64,000 bases of DNA, taken from assembly GCF_039654945.1 (NCBI RefSeq), contig NW_027361696.1:61566001-61630000 (forward strand), given 5' to 3'. Positions 38,077 through 51,474 of this stretch are shown here, in pieces; positions within the stretch are counted from its first letter, which is position 1, and each line of letters opens with the position of its first letter. Position numbers and translations under genes: made by a program. The notes beneath the pieces are model-generated. The model was not told the DNA's origin. It ran no database searches and saw only the letters and a program-made list of their open reading frames with translations. This DNA is from Dendrobates tinctorius (lineage: Eukaryota).

Positions 38077-41000
38077 CACATGTCATTGAAACACATATAC
38101 AGTATATATATTTATAATTCATAGAGTTCTACATAGCATAATAGCCGCTAAATCAATTGCCGGCTTCAGTAAAATCATTCCCGAAGCCGACAAGATATGA
38201 CACATGGCTTACATATAGTAAACCATGTCATATCAAAACGATTTATGCATGTCAGTGTTTAATCAATTTAGTAGCTTGTGTTAGGAAAAATTTGAAACTC
38301 TATGGATTAAATTTAAGGCTATAATCGCGGAAAAAAATTGCGTGGGCTCCCGCACAATTTTTTCTGCCAGAGAGGGAAAGCCAGTGAGTGAGGGCAGATA
38401 TTAATAGCCTAGAGAGGGACCATTGTTTTTGGCCCCCCCAGGCTAAAAAAAATCTGCCCCCAGCCACCCCTAAAAAGGCGCATCTATAAGATGCACCATT
38501 TCTGGCACTTAGCCTCTCTGTTCCCATGGCCTTTGGCAGTGGCTCATGGGTTAATAATAATGGGTTATTATCACCTTGCTATTGAAAGGTGTCATTAAGC
38601 CAGGTTAATAATGGAGAGGTGTCAATAAGACAAATATCCATTATTAACCCTAGAATTGTAAAGGGTTAAAAAAGACACATACACACACACATTATTTAAA
38701 AAATATTGAAATAAATACATAAAGTTTTTGACAAAATTTATTATTCTGACAATCCAAAAAAAGCCCTTGTTCTGTAAAAAAAATAAAATAAAAAAAAAAA
38801 CAATATACATACCTCTCTGCTGTTCAGTCAGATCCCCCGCTGCAATCCATCACAAGGGGTAAACTAGTTTACAACAGGGACCGGTGCTAATGCTACCGGC
38901 CCCACTGTAAACCAATGCAGAATGAATGAATTCATATCTGCGCAGGTACCCCGGCTGACCGGAGATGAACTGATTAGTGTTGGAAAGTTTCTGAACTTTT
39001 TCCCACGCTGTCAGTTCACCTCAGTCCCCAGCTGACCTGAGGTGATCTGACAGCATGGGAAAAAGTTCAGAAAACTTCCCATGCTATTGAGTTCACTTCA
39101 GGTAAGCCAGGCACTCCGCGCAGCCTCACTGATGTCAGCAGTAGTCAGATCAGGCGAAAAAACAGTTTCGTCGCATCAATTTTTCACGATCTGTGACAGA
39201 TCCGTCGATCCGACGGATTGTGACTGAGGTAAAAAACTGACGTGTGAAAGTAGCTAACACTGAGAGAAGAGAGGAGAAGCACAGAGTGACATCAGAACCA
39301 GAAGCAGTAGCTTTTTTTTTCCACTCACTCATCTAGATAAAAGAATTGCAGACACACTGCTACTTCAAATTGGTAGAAAATTTTGTGAAAACAATTTAGA
39401 AAGCTACTTAACTTTTCACAGAAACAACAAATAAACCATAAATATAAAAATAGCCTTCATGTTTAAAGCCAAGACGTTGGGACGGGAAAGTATAAAGTGA
39501 TCTCTGATGTCAATTTTTTGAGTTCTTCCACCTTATATGAGAATGTCAGTGCTAGTTCATGAACTCTGTTGGCATCTTGCATTTACGACTGACCTATCCA
39601 TCACCCTTCTATCTCCTGGCCTCCAACATGGATATGCTTCCATAGAAAGCTTCAGCTGATGACAACAATGTACAGAATTATCCACATCTGGAGTTTTAAG
39701 AAATTTGGAGAACACAATTCACTACTTCGAGGATTTCTCTCATTCAAATGACACAAAATTACAAGCCATTAATATGAGAACACGTGATTGGCCATGAGGG
39801 ACCATTAACGATGATCATCAGCACTGTCTTTTTAGCTAGTGATGGGTATGCTCTTAATATTCTACAAGGAGAGGATTCATTCACATTGGTAGAACTTGTA
39901 ATCTAATTTACTTAATTTTAAAAGAGGGTTGACAGCTAATAAAATTAGTTAAATGAGTTTAAAGGGGTTGACCAGTGAAGATAAGGTATCAACTACCTGC
40001 AAAACAGGTGATAGCAGTTGATCAACTGCTAAGATTCACAGTGATCAACGGAATATAGAACTTTTATCCCTGTGATAATGGAACCAAAGAGCATGTGCTT
40101 GAACACCGCTCCATCTATTTTCTATGGGACTGCGGGAAAAAGCAGAGCGCACTGCCAGGTAGTCCCATAGGTGATGAATGGACAGGTGGTTGGAGCACTT
40201 TTACCCCCCCTGAATAGAACGGCAGAACGTATGCTCAACCATGGATACCCAGCGTTGCACTCAAATCCAGAGAGAGTGAATGAGCGTGCATGAGCTTGTG
40301 CACTGCTTCTCCATTCTATTAGGGGTAACAGTGCCCCAACTTCAGCTCCATTCATTCCCTATGGGTCTAAAAAGTGCACTCTGCTTTCGAGCATGCGCAC
40401 TGACGCTCCATTCATTAACGTAAAAGAGCCCCATTCTATTGATCATTGTAGGTTCCAGTGGTCATATCCTCGTCAAATATGTGGATAAGTGACAGCTTGT
40501 GTTGCCCCTTGAATTTAGTACGTTATGCACCACTTTACAACTAGCATATTGATACTTTATCAGAAGCTCCGGTCTTAGCTTCAGGCAGGGTCTTTCCGGT
40601 TACTGTCAGACACAAGAAAATACTTCTACATGATCATTGCTGTGTGGGAAGGGGGCTGGCTGACTGCTCAGGTGAATAGCTGAGCCAGCCTCCTTCTATG
40701 TTAAAGTCAACGTGTAGACAGGGGGTGGAACTTTCTACAGGATTTCTACAATTGCCCAGTTTGTGGCAGCCTTGCTCTCAATCATTTCTTTGTGAGTGAT
40801 GGCCCTGCTTATATCACCACTGCTTCTCCTGTAGAACCAGTACCACTAATTTATCAACTCCCGCCCTGGGATTTATAATGAGCCCCCTCCCATATTGCCC
40901 TGGACCCAAGCAATAAGGTCCATTTGGTTCCCGATCTGTGCAAAGTTCTTCCACTTTTCTAAATCTGTTATTATTGACCTAGTTTTCTCACCTTGTTCAC

Positions 41001-41161
41001 CGCCTGCCCTGACCTCCCACATATCTACTGTTTTACAAAATCCACCTACCCTGACCCCAGTCTCTTTGACTCTGTTTTCTGGCTGCAGCTTTGCTACAGT
41101 GCACTGGATTCCATTACAAATGCTATTATGGGTAGCAGCAGCCTGGAGATTACCAGTAGTA

Positions 41162-41301
41162 GGCCGGGGTCAGACTTGCGAGAGCAATGCGAGAAAGTCG
41201 CATCAATACCCGACACTACCGGTCCCGAGTGTAGTGTCGGGAATTGATGCGAGAGACTCGCGCAAGTTTCTCCCATTGCTCTCGCAAGTCTAACCCCGAC
41301 C
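41162..41301. mobile_element. Short Harbinger-type palindromic MITE
   Basis: GGCCGGGGTCAGACTTGCGAGAGCAATG / CATTGCTCTCGCAAGTCTAACCCCGACC. Confidence 0.8.
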
Positions 41302-42204
41302 ATAAAGTCAGCATCTTTGTATGTGGGTTAGAGAGTAAAAAACGGGCACCCCTTGGACGCAATTCCCAATTTTTATCTGATTAATATAGTGGATTGACAT
41401 CATCTTGGATAAACCATGTGTCATATAAGTGACTATCCCATATAAAAAGTAACGGAAGGATTAGTTCTTCTGATGCTCGGCTCCCCGGTGGCGTTTACTT
41501 ATTTGTATCTTGCATTATTAGAGGGAGCCGGAGTTTTATGTAATTGCAATATATTTACATAATATCTTCTCAGCAGGAGATTAATGCTCCCAGCAGGGAC
41601 GATGCAACTGTAAATTCATTATCTGTATTATTACTATTTCACTATAAATGTCATTATGAAAGGACTCCATTGTGTGTGCAACTGGGAGATTCTGTAAAAA
41701 CAAGGCAGGAGATGTCTTTTTCATCTCATATTTGCAAAGATAACTCCACAGAGGGCTCAAAGCTTTGATCTAAGGAGAATAATGCCAGAAAAAGATCCAG
41801 CCTTGAGTGTCTGTTATTGTCTGCAACGCTGACGTCACGACGATAACGCTGCAGCCAATCAGTTTTCAGTGACTGACTGCAGCATTTTTTTAATTTAATT
41901 TTACCAGAGGCAGGATGAACATAAACAACATTTAAGTTTTTTTAAAGAAATATTTCATTTTAGTAAAATAATTTAACATTATTCTAGACATTGCTATTTA
42001 TTACAACTAATTCCCGCTGCTGATCATGAAGGGACAGGTCCTGTTTTTTGCACATACTTTTACACCACACAATTTTTTTATTTTTTTTCATAAATCACCA
42101 GTAAACATGAAAATCAGTAACTTTGTAATATATCTGAGAGAAATCTGATTCCTTCTCATCCTGGACTGATATTTCATTCACTGTATTCAGTGGTAATATG
42201 TTTT

Positions 42205-42735
42205 CAGTGAATACAAGTTTTTTCTCCCAGTTGCTGCTTACAAAAAAGATTAAACTGTAACTGTCATTTTAGGAGAACTTGCAGCAGAATATCTGTGTGT
42301 TCCACTAGCTCCTCCCCTCTCCAGAAACTCTTATAAGCACTAACTGTCACTTCCTATGTCAGTAATGGGGAAGCATGTCTACAGTGAATACAGATTTTCC
42401 CATTTGCTGCTTAAAAAAAGTTTAAACTGTCATTTTAGGAGAACTTGCAGCAGAATATCTGTGTGCTCCACTAGCTCCTTCCCTCTCCATAAACTCTTAT
42501 AAGCACTAACTGTCACTTCCTATGTCAGTACTGGGGAAGCATGTCTACAGTGAATACAGATTTTCCCATTTGCTTCTTAAAAAAAGTTTAAACTGTAACT
42601 GTCATTTCAGGAGAACTTGCATTAGAATGTTTGTATGTTCCACTAGCTCCTCCCCTCTCCATGGATTGTTATAAACACCAACTGTCACCTCTTAAGTCAG
42701 TGCTGGGGAAATCTGTATTTAGTGAACACAGATTT
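42205..42735. repeat. ~160-bp tandem triplication inside an old MITE-like element
   Basis: GGAGAACTTGCA...CCACTAGCTCC...GGGGAAGCATGTCTACAGTGAATACAG occurs three times. Confidence 0.8.
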
Positions 42736-43111
42736 TACAACTGAATACAGAGTTTCAAGAGTAAAAGATCAGTCCTGGAGGACAAAGGAGCAGATTTAGC
42801 TGATTATATATATTACAAAGTTTATCTTTTTATGTGAACTATTGATTCATGAAATTTTTTTTTAAAAAGATGGATAACCCTTTACATTTCAGAAGAAGTT
42901 ACAGGCTTTCGATTTAGACAATACATTTGTATTAGAAGGGTTCTCTGCAGATAAGTCGACCACAAGACGATCACTTCACGTAAATGTGACCCCAATCAAT
43001 ACTCTGATCTCAGTCAGCAAGTGCTTATTTTTCCAACAGTGCCTCCACAGGTCAAATCAAGCATTACACAGGTCATATTGGGTCCTCCAGAGTAAGAAGT
43101 TGTCTGTATTG

Positions 43112-43303
43112 GGTAGCATGTTGGCTCAGTGGTTAGCACATTAGCCCTGGAGTCCTGGGTTCAAATCCCACAAAGGACAATATCTGCAAAGAGTTTATGT
43201 GGTGCTCCCATGGGTTTCCTCCCGCATTCCAAAAGACAATAATGTCTGCAAAATGCCGTGGAATTAATAGCGCTATATATGCAAGTCAAATAAATAAATA
43301 ATA
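43112..43303 (+). mobile_element. tRNA-derived SINE (degenerate)
   Basis: A box TGGCTCAGTGG, B box GGTTCAAATCC, (AAAT)n tail. Confidence 0.7.
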
Positions 43304-43865
43304 GGACAATCTCTTAAAAAAAAAACAAAAACAAAATTTAGCTCAAAACTAAGCAGAAAAGGGGAAAATGAATTGAGCTGCTACTTACTCTTTTTTTAGA
43401 TAATGATCGCCCGGCAATCAAATGATTGTCTCAGCAAATGACATTTTTAAACTTCCAGGCCGTGAAACATTCGTTATGCAGTGGCCACTGCAGGATATAT
43501 GTGGTATTGCATGGCAAAATTAAAATGAATGGGTAATAATTTAATATATGGTGGTGCTAATTTGTCCTTTGCTTTTACAGACAGAGGAAACCTCTTCTAT
43601 GACATCAATATTCAGCTCATTTATCTGTAGATATAACTCTGTAAGGCTGAATAATTCTTAATAAGATAAGTGCAGTAAAACATACAAAGACTGTTCACGA
43701 GGTGATATGATGCAATAGTCGCTGTGCCATTTACTGTATGATCCCAGTGCATCATTAGGCAAAGAGATGTAATTTACACCCCAAGAAGACAAAGTTTTAC
43801 AAACAATTTTCAACACAAAGGAATCAGTGATTTATTTCTCCCTGGAGGACACATTACAGAGAATG

Positions 43866-44501
43866 TGTCATGATTCCAGTGCAGGTTTTTGAGCTGCACG
43901 TCAGGGGTTAATGTCTGGAGCTCAGTGCAGGTTTTGACCTGCACACCTGGGGTTAATGATTGTGGCCTCTTTCTGGTTCTTGGAGAGCTTCTTAAACCCC
44001 TGGGAAGCTCCAATCCCTGCCAGTTATACTTTTGCCTTTGGCAGAGTGTGCTGACCTCTGTGTGCCTGTTCGTTGTTATAGCTTGTTTTTATGGTTCTGA
44101 CCCGGTTCTGTTTCCTGTTGTGAGTTTGGCTGTTGATTCTGTACTGCGCTACCCTCCCTGTGTATGACTCATTGCCTGTGATCTGACTACTCTCTGCTCA
44201 CCCCTCTTGTACCTTGCAGCTATCTCTGTGTATGACTCATTGGCTACGTCCTGACTATCCTCCCTGTTTATGCCCCTTGGTAACTTTGTCTCGCAGTTAC
44301 CCTGCTAGGAGTTCTCTTGCAGCTCCTCGCTCTCTGGAACTTAGGCCACGCCCCTAGCAGTCACATGCTTCAGGTCCTGCGGCTCTGAAATACGCACGTA
44401 CTCGGCTGCTGCCCGCTCCACAGGTATCTTTGAGCACAGTTCGCTTTACTCAGGACATGCGCACTGGCTCAGTGAGCAAGTTCAGTGCGATGTTTCTGAC
44501 A
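43866..44501 (+). mobile_element. Solo LTR
   Basis: TGTCA...TGACA ends; perfect 5-bp TSD GAATG. Confidence 0.8.
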
Positions 44502-45964
44502 GAATGAAGTCAGCTACATCAGAAGATCAGGAGGAATTCTCTGCAGCATTCATGTTCCTTGTTTGTAGCACAATTTTACTGACAGCATGGGCTGGAAGAC
44601 GACAGATTTAGTGTTCCTTATAAGAATGGCTTCTATCACTATCAGATCTCGGTATCTCTCTAGTCAGGGCAGATTGTTGCACCTGAGAGGATCTGCGGCA
44701 GCCACCTTATCTGCTTGCTAGAGTTGAGCGACTTTTGGTTTTTTAGGGTCGCGTTTCGTTTCGTGAAACCCGACTTTTCCAAAAGTCGGGTCGAGCAAGA
44801 TCGTCCGATTATAGGGAAAAGTCGGGGTCGTCCCGAAACACGAAACCCAATGTAAGTCAATGGGGAATAAAAGTCGGCAGTGAGAGGAGGACAGGAAACA
44901 CACCTACAGTGCCCATTTGAATGCCAAAAGCATCAATTCTTCTTACTTAAGCTTGTCAACCTTAATTAACTTCATAATACAAGTTACGCACTGAAAAATG
45001 GGGGTTATTTGGCTAAAGTTGTGGGGGGGGAGGGCTGGCTGCAGGTTTTCATGTGCCCTGGGCGAAAGAGCGCCCCTTTAACACATACCAAAACTCATCA
45101 TGCTCCGATACGGCAGATAAATAGCGGTATAGTACAATGAAAAATACCTCACTTTTTACATCTCATGACGAGGCCCATCTATTTCTCCATACAGAATCAT
45201 TGGTCCCATATAATGTTTGAAACAGTATATGATGAGCTCCACATAATGCTACAGTATATGTTGGTCCCCATGGATGAAGCTCCACTGTCTTATGGGCCCA
45301 AATAATGCTCCAAACATAATGGGCCCCATTTCTAATGCTCTAGTGTATAATGGGCCCTGTAAATGCTGCTCCAGTGTCTGATGTCCACCTTTGGAATGTT
45401 CCAGTGTATGGTGGGCCCCATCTATCATTCTCCAGAGTATAGTGTTCCCCAAAAATTGCTGTCCCAACATTGAAAACAATCAAATAAGTCTCCTCGCAAG
45501 GGAATCCCTGTACTTGTCTGGACTCCTCGTCGTCCCCATCTTCCATCTCACTGCACAGTATTTCAACTTTGCAAGTGCTGTGATCCTGGGCAAGCAGGGG
45601 GGGCCCACTCGTTGGCGACGGCACTGGCACAGGGCCCCTGATAGTACGGTGGTGTGTCTGATGGCGGGTGGGCCGAACCTGCACTTTCATCTGCAGCTTC
45701 CTCTTTGTCACCGTGTAAGATGGAACTGTATATGGGAAGGGTAACCTGAGTTTCATCAGGGTCAGATTCAGGTCGTGTAGCGTGCGAGGGGAATGTAGTG
45801 GTCTGGGTCAATGTACCAGCAGATTCATCGAGCAGTGGCTGGGCATCAGTGCACTTGTGTCGCCCCCAGGAGTACGGTCGCCACAGTGGCATTACCTTCT
45901 TCCTAGGGAGTGTGATGTCATGCTTGGGAGCAACGAAGGATCTCTCTAGCAGGTTAACTGATTG

Positions 45965-46436
45965 GGCGGCGTTATTCCCACGAGTCACGACCCTCCAAAC
46001 AGCGTTCATGAAGGCAAAGTGTTTGTTTTACGTGGGCAGTATGGTTGCAAAGCTGAACCTTAAAGGAATGTCCAGAAGGGCACCACCAGGAGTGGAGCCT
46101 ACGGTTAAATTCGACTCCACCTGGGAAACCTCAACCATGCCAGCTACAGAACAGATGCACACATTGCAAGCTTAATTCCGTTAACGAACGAGACTCCTTC
46201 ATGCCCCGCGGTCCGAGTCCGGCTTACTAGAGGGACACGTGAGGCTCTGGCACATGAGATTGGCCAATAACTGGTATGTCATGCCCTTACATGTCCGTGG
46301 CTGCATGTGCGCTACACTGAAAAGGCCAGCGTTTGTCGCTTACAGGTGCAGATAACCCGCTGAACAACGTTAGTGATGGGGATCACTGATTACAATTATT
46401 ACCCGCGAACAATGATTTCCCAGTAAGTGCAGGTCA
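45965..46436 (+). pseudogene. Diverged 18S rRNA-derived fragment (3' half of 18S, with deletions) inside the hAT
   Basis: Colinear 18S blocks: GGCGGCGTTATTCCCA; GTATGGTTGCAAAGCTGAA.CTTAAAGGAAT; GAAGGGCACCACCAGGAGTGGAGCCT; TTAATTCCG.TAACGAACGAGACTC; ATGCCCTTA.ATGTCCG.GGCTGCA.G.GCGCTACACTGA; TAACCCGCTGAAC; TTCCCAGTAAGTGC.GGTCA. Confidence 0.9.
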
Positions 46437-46546
46437 ACCGCAGTTCCGGAATTAGGCCTAACCGTCATTCCTGAAAAAATGAAAAACTTACGTGTGCAAA
46501 CCACAGGTGCTGTAGCTTGCTTAACAGCTCGCCAGCCGTTCTCACG

Positions 46547-47452
46547 CCCAGTATGGATTACACGTGATTGCACAAAGGTGAGAAAGGGTACCGTATCCCC
46601 AGATAACATGTATGGATAGCGTACACATTCAAAATATATGTCTCAGGAGGCAGGCTCAGACGGTGTTAGGCCCAGTATGGATTGCACGTGATTGCACAAA
46701 GGTTAGAAAGGGTACCGTTTCCCCGGATAACATGTATGGATAGCGTACACATTCAAAATATATGTCTCAGGAGGCAGGCTCAGACGGTGTTAGGCCCAGT
46801 ATGGATTGCACGTGATTGCACAAAGGTTAGAAAGGGTACCGTATCCCCAGATAACATGTATGGATAGCATACACATTCAAAATATATGTCTCAGGAGGCA
46901 GGCTCAGACGGTGTTAGGCCCAGTATGGATTGCACGTGATTGCACAAAGGTTAGAAAGGGTACCGTTTCCCCGGATAACATGTATGGATAGCGTACACAT
47001 TCAAAATATATGTCTCAGGAGGCAGGCTCAGACGGTGTTAGGCCCAGTATGGATTGCACGTGATTGCACAAAGGTTAGAAAGGGTACCGTTTCCCCGGAT
47101 AACATGTATGGATAGCGTACACATTCAAAATATATGTCTCAGGAGGCAGGCTCAGACGGTGTTAGGCCCAGTATGGATTGCACGTGATTGCACAAAGGTT
47201 AGAAAGGGTACCATTTCCCCGGATAACATGTATGGATAGCGTACACATTCAAAATATATGTCTATACATCAGGATATATGTCTCAGGAGGCAGGCTCAGA
47301 CGGTGTTAGGCCCAGTATGGATTGCACGTGATTGCACAAAGGTTAGAAAGGGTACCGTTTCCCCGGATAACATGTATGGATAGCGTACACATTCAAAATA
47401 TATGTCTATACATCAGGAGGCAGGCTCAGACGGTGTCAGGCACAGTATGGAT
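46547..47452. repeat. 124-bp tandem array, about 7 copies, within the hAT
   Basis: Near-identical ORFs at 46682/46806/46930/47054, offset 124. Confidence 0.95.
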
Positions 47453-47870
47453 TTGACGGCCCAGATTACACAGCGGAGGAGCAGGGAGAGGTAAAGATTG
47501 CAAATGCTGGGGCCCTGCCCAAGCAAGGGGGGCCCACTCGTGGGCGTCGGTACTGGCACTGGGCCCCTCATAGTACAGCGGTGTGTCTGACGGCGGGTGT
47601 CACCACCACAGTCAGAGACACTTGATTGCACTATGAGGGACCCTGTGCCAGTGCCCGCGCCCAAGAGTCGGCCTACCCACCTGTCCAGGGCAACGGCACT
47701 CGCACGGTGTCGTGCGCTAGGTGGTGACCCCGGCCATGGGGGGGAGGCAGCACAGTTAGGGAGTTTTAGAAAGTGGCATATGTTGATGTTGGACATTCAG
47801 CTGATGCAAAAGGCGAAATAGGTGAAGTACCAGGAAGAGGTGGACCAAAGCAAGCCATTTTTCTGTCACC

Positions 47871-50800
47871 CTATGTGTCATCAGGGGAAGGTGGGACAAA
47901 ATCCTTGGAAACCCATGCATGGTTCATTTTAATGAAGGTTAGATCATCCACATTTTGGGTTGACAGACGGGTCCTTTTTTCTGTCAGGATTGATCCAGCT
48001 GCACTGAAGACTCTTTCCGATAGCACACTTGCAGCTGGGCAAGCGAGCTCCTGTAAGGCATATTGGGCCAATTCAGGCCAGGTGTCCAGTTTAGCGGCCC
48101 AATAGTCAAAGGGGAATGACCTGTGTGGGAGAACATCGATATGGGAGGAAAAGTAGTTTGTAACCATAGTTGACAACTGCTGTCTCCTGTCACTTTCCAT
48201 CGATGCAGTATTACCAGTTGTGTGAGCGGTATTTGAAAAATCAGTCCACAACATTGTCATGAAACCCCTGTCTCCAACGCCACTTCTGCTGTGTGCACCA
48301 CGAACACCTCTGCCAAGCTGCCCCCGGCCCGTACGGCTCATGTGAGAACCATCACCGCTGCTGTGTGCTGGGAATGCCTCAAGCAACCGATTTACCAGAG
48401 TTGCTTGTTTATTAGCCAATATTAGGTCAAGGTTCTCCTGTGGCATGATGTTTTGTAATTTGCCTTTATAGCGTGGATCCAGGATGCTGGCCAACCAGTA
48501 GTCGTCATCGTTCATCATTTTGGCAATGCGGGGGTCCCTTTTTAGGATCTGCAAGGCATAATCTGACATGTGGGCCAATGTTCCCGGTGTCAATGATGCA
48601 CTGCGAGTGCTGGGTGGAGGAGCACTTTCTGGCAAATCCACATCCCTCCAGTCACGCACAAACCCTGTACCAGACCTTGCCACGCCAACATTTTCACTTG
48701 CCCCACGAGATGCATCCTCCTCCCCTAAGTAATCATCCCCATCATCATTCTCCTCCTCTTCTTCCTCCACCTCGTCCAGGAGAGGTCCCTGAGCAGACAA
48801 TGGCTGAATGTCATCAAGGATTCCCTCCTCCTCTTCCTCCTCATCAACATTGGCTGCAGACGCCTGCTCCTTAAGGTGCGTCAAAGTTTGCATGAGCAGA
48901 CGCATAAGTGGGATGCTCATGCTTAGGATGGCGTCGTCTGCGCTTACCAGCCGTGTGCATTCCTCAAAACAATGAAGGACTTTACAGAGGTCTTTCAGCT
49001 TCGACCACTGCACACCTGTCAACTCCATGTCTGCTCTCAAAGTGCCTGGCCGTGTATCCTCCCACAAATGCATTATGGCCTGCCTCTGCTCGCACAGCCG
49101 CTCCACCATGTGCAGGGTGGAGTTCCACCTTGTTGCAATGTCGATAATGAGGCGGTGGTTGGGAAGGTGGAGCAATCGCTGCAGCTTCTGCATACGAACG
49201 GAGTGTACAGGCGACCGGCGGATGTGCGCACACAGTCTTCGCACCTTCTGGAGCAGGGCTGTTAACTCCGGATAATTTTTGAGGAAGCACTGCACCACCA
49301 GGTTCAAGGTGTGAGCCAAGCAAGGTATGTGGCTGAGTTTTGAAAGGGCTATGGCTGCCACAAAATTACGGCCGTTATCACTAACTACCTTGCCTGCCTC
49401 AAGATGTACACTGCCCAGCCATGACTCAGTTTGTCGCTTCAAGTACTCGGCCAGCACCTCAGCGGTGTGTCTGTTGCCCAAACACATCATCTGCAACACA
49501 GCCTGCTGACGCTTTCCACTAGCTGCTCGATAGGGGGACACATCGTGTGCAACAGTGGCAGCTGCAGATGGAGTGCTCGTACGACTGCGCTCTGTGGACG
49601 AGCTTTCGCTTCTGGAGGAGGAGGAGGAGGAGGGTCGAACGCCTACAGCCAACTGTTTCCTATACCGTGGGCTAGGCAGCACTGTCCCACCAACCCTGTC
49701 CCCTGTGGACCCTGCATCCACCACATTAACCCAGTGCGCAGTGATGGACACGTAACGGCCCTGGCCATGCCGACTGGACCATGCATCAGTTGTGAGGTGC
49801 ACCTTTCCGCTCACTGACTGCTTGAGTGCATGGACAATGCGGTCTTTCACATGATGGTGGAGGGCTGGGATGGCTTTGCGAGAGAAGAAGTGGCGACTGG
49901 GTAGGTCATAGCGTGGTACTGCATAGGCCATGAGTTCGCGGAAAGCTGTGCTTTCCACCAACCGAAAGGGCATCATCTCAAACGAGATTAGTTTGGCAAT
50001 GTGGGCGTTCAAACCCAGTATACGCGGATGAGAGACTGAGTACTTTCTTGACCTACTCATAGTGTCTGGGAGGGTGAGCTGGACTTGAGAGCTGCATATG
50101 GTGGAAGTAGCGGTGGACAGGGCGGACTGAGAGAGGGTTGATGATGGTGATGGAGTTGGTGTTCTTTCTGATGGCCTAGAATCAGTCTTTCGTTGATATA
50201 ACAGTGGGATTCCCTGACTGCTGTGGCCTTGCAACGACACCTCAACATTTGCAGCTGTGTTAACCGGTGGGCTTACAGTGGGGGAAACAATGTAGCGTTG
50301 CTGACTACCTTCGATGTGATCAGTTGCACATGTGGCACTTCAGGTTTGGTGTTGTGTCCACGCTTGCAAGTGCATGCTGGTTAAATGTCTAAGCATGCAA
50401 CTGGTATTCAAATTTTTCAGATTTTTCCCTTGGCTAAAGGTCTTTGCGCACTTCTTACAGATAACCTTGGCCTGATGATGAGGATTTTGGTCAAAAAAGT
50501 GCCACACTGCACTCTTCCTACTTTGGCAGACATTTTGCAGCTTAGCACGCTGTGATCTTTTGACCCTCTGGACAAGCTGTCCAGCAACTCTTTTGATGTT
50601 TGGAACCTGTCTTTGGAGTGCTCCGGGCCTGCCAGATAACAGCTGTTGCGATGTCGATGTCTGCTGTGGATGCTCCTCATCTGAGCTATTGGAAGCAGCA
50701 CCCTCTTCCCCCAATGGATGCCAATCTGGGTCAACAACTGGGTCATCCATCACCTCCTCTTCTATGTCATGTGCACCTTCCTCTGTGTCACCGTGTATGG

Positions 50801-51407
50801 TGGTATAGTGTGCGGGAAGGGGCACCTGAGTATCATCAGGGTCAGAATCTGGCTCTGTACACTGCGAGGACAATGTAGTGCTCTGAGTGAATGTACCAGC
50901 AGAATCATCCATCAGCGGCTGTGCATCAGTGCACTCCATGTCAGATTCATCTTGGCCTGGGTAATTCACCATTTCACTTGATAATCCAGGCATGGTATGT
51001 GAAAACAGCTCCATGGAGTAATCAGTAGTATGGCCTGCGTCATACTTCAATCTTGGTTGGGGTGAAGGACACAAGGAAAGGTGTGGTTCATGAACATGAG
51101 CCTCCAATGACGACTCAGTGCTTTTACTTTTCACAACTGAAGAAGAGGAGGCGATAGAGCTGGAGGCTGAGTCAGCAATGTAAGACAAAACTTTTTCCTG
51201 ATGCTCTGGCTTTAAAAGCGGTTTGCCAACTCCTAGAAAACTAAGCGTTCGAGGCCTTATGTAGCCAGAAGATGACGCAGGCTCAACACCTAATGCATTC
51301 GGTCCTATTTTGCTCTTGCCACTACCATCAGATCCACCACCAACACCATCATTACCAGCTGCCAACCCCCGCCCAATTCCACGGCCTCTTCCACCAGCCT
51401 TCCTCAT
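47871..51407 (-). pseudogene. hAT transposase (~1178 codons; BED finger, DDE core, hATC dimerisation domain) with a single in-frame TGA at 50340-50342
   Basis: MRKAGGRGRG start at 51407; SAVWHFF..CKKC..LRHLTSMH; TTDAWS, SDNGRN, CLAH, TRWNS, LDPRYK, SERVFS; the gap 50241-50339 reads open in the same frame. Confidence 0.92.
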
Positions 51408-51474
51408 TTTTGGTAGAAATGTAGACAAAATCCAACAAACTATATAGTAATGTAAAACAAGGTACAAGGTGTCT

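Noticed and set aside
40498-41098. Possible solo LTR (TGTG...CTACA)
   Set aside because: No TSD and no second copy in the window to support the boundaries
43581-43640. Plus-strand exon-like segment (ttttacag...gtaagg)
   Set aside because: No recognisable protein and no partner exons
45965-46436. Functional 18S rRNA gene
   Set aside because: Partial, with deletions and substitutions in universally conserved positions; no ITS, 5.8S or 28S nearby
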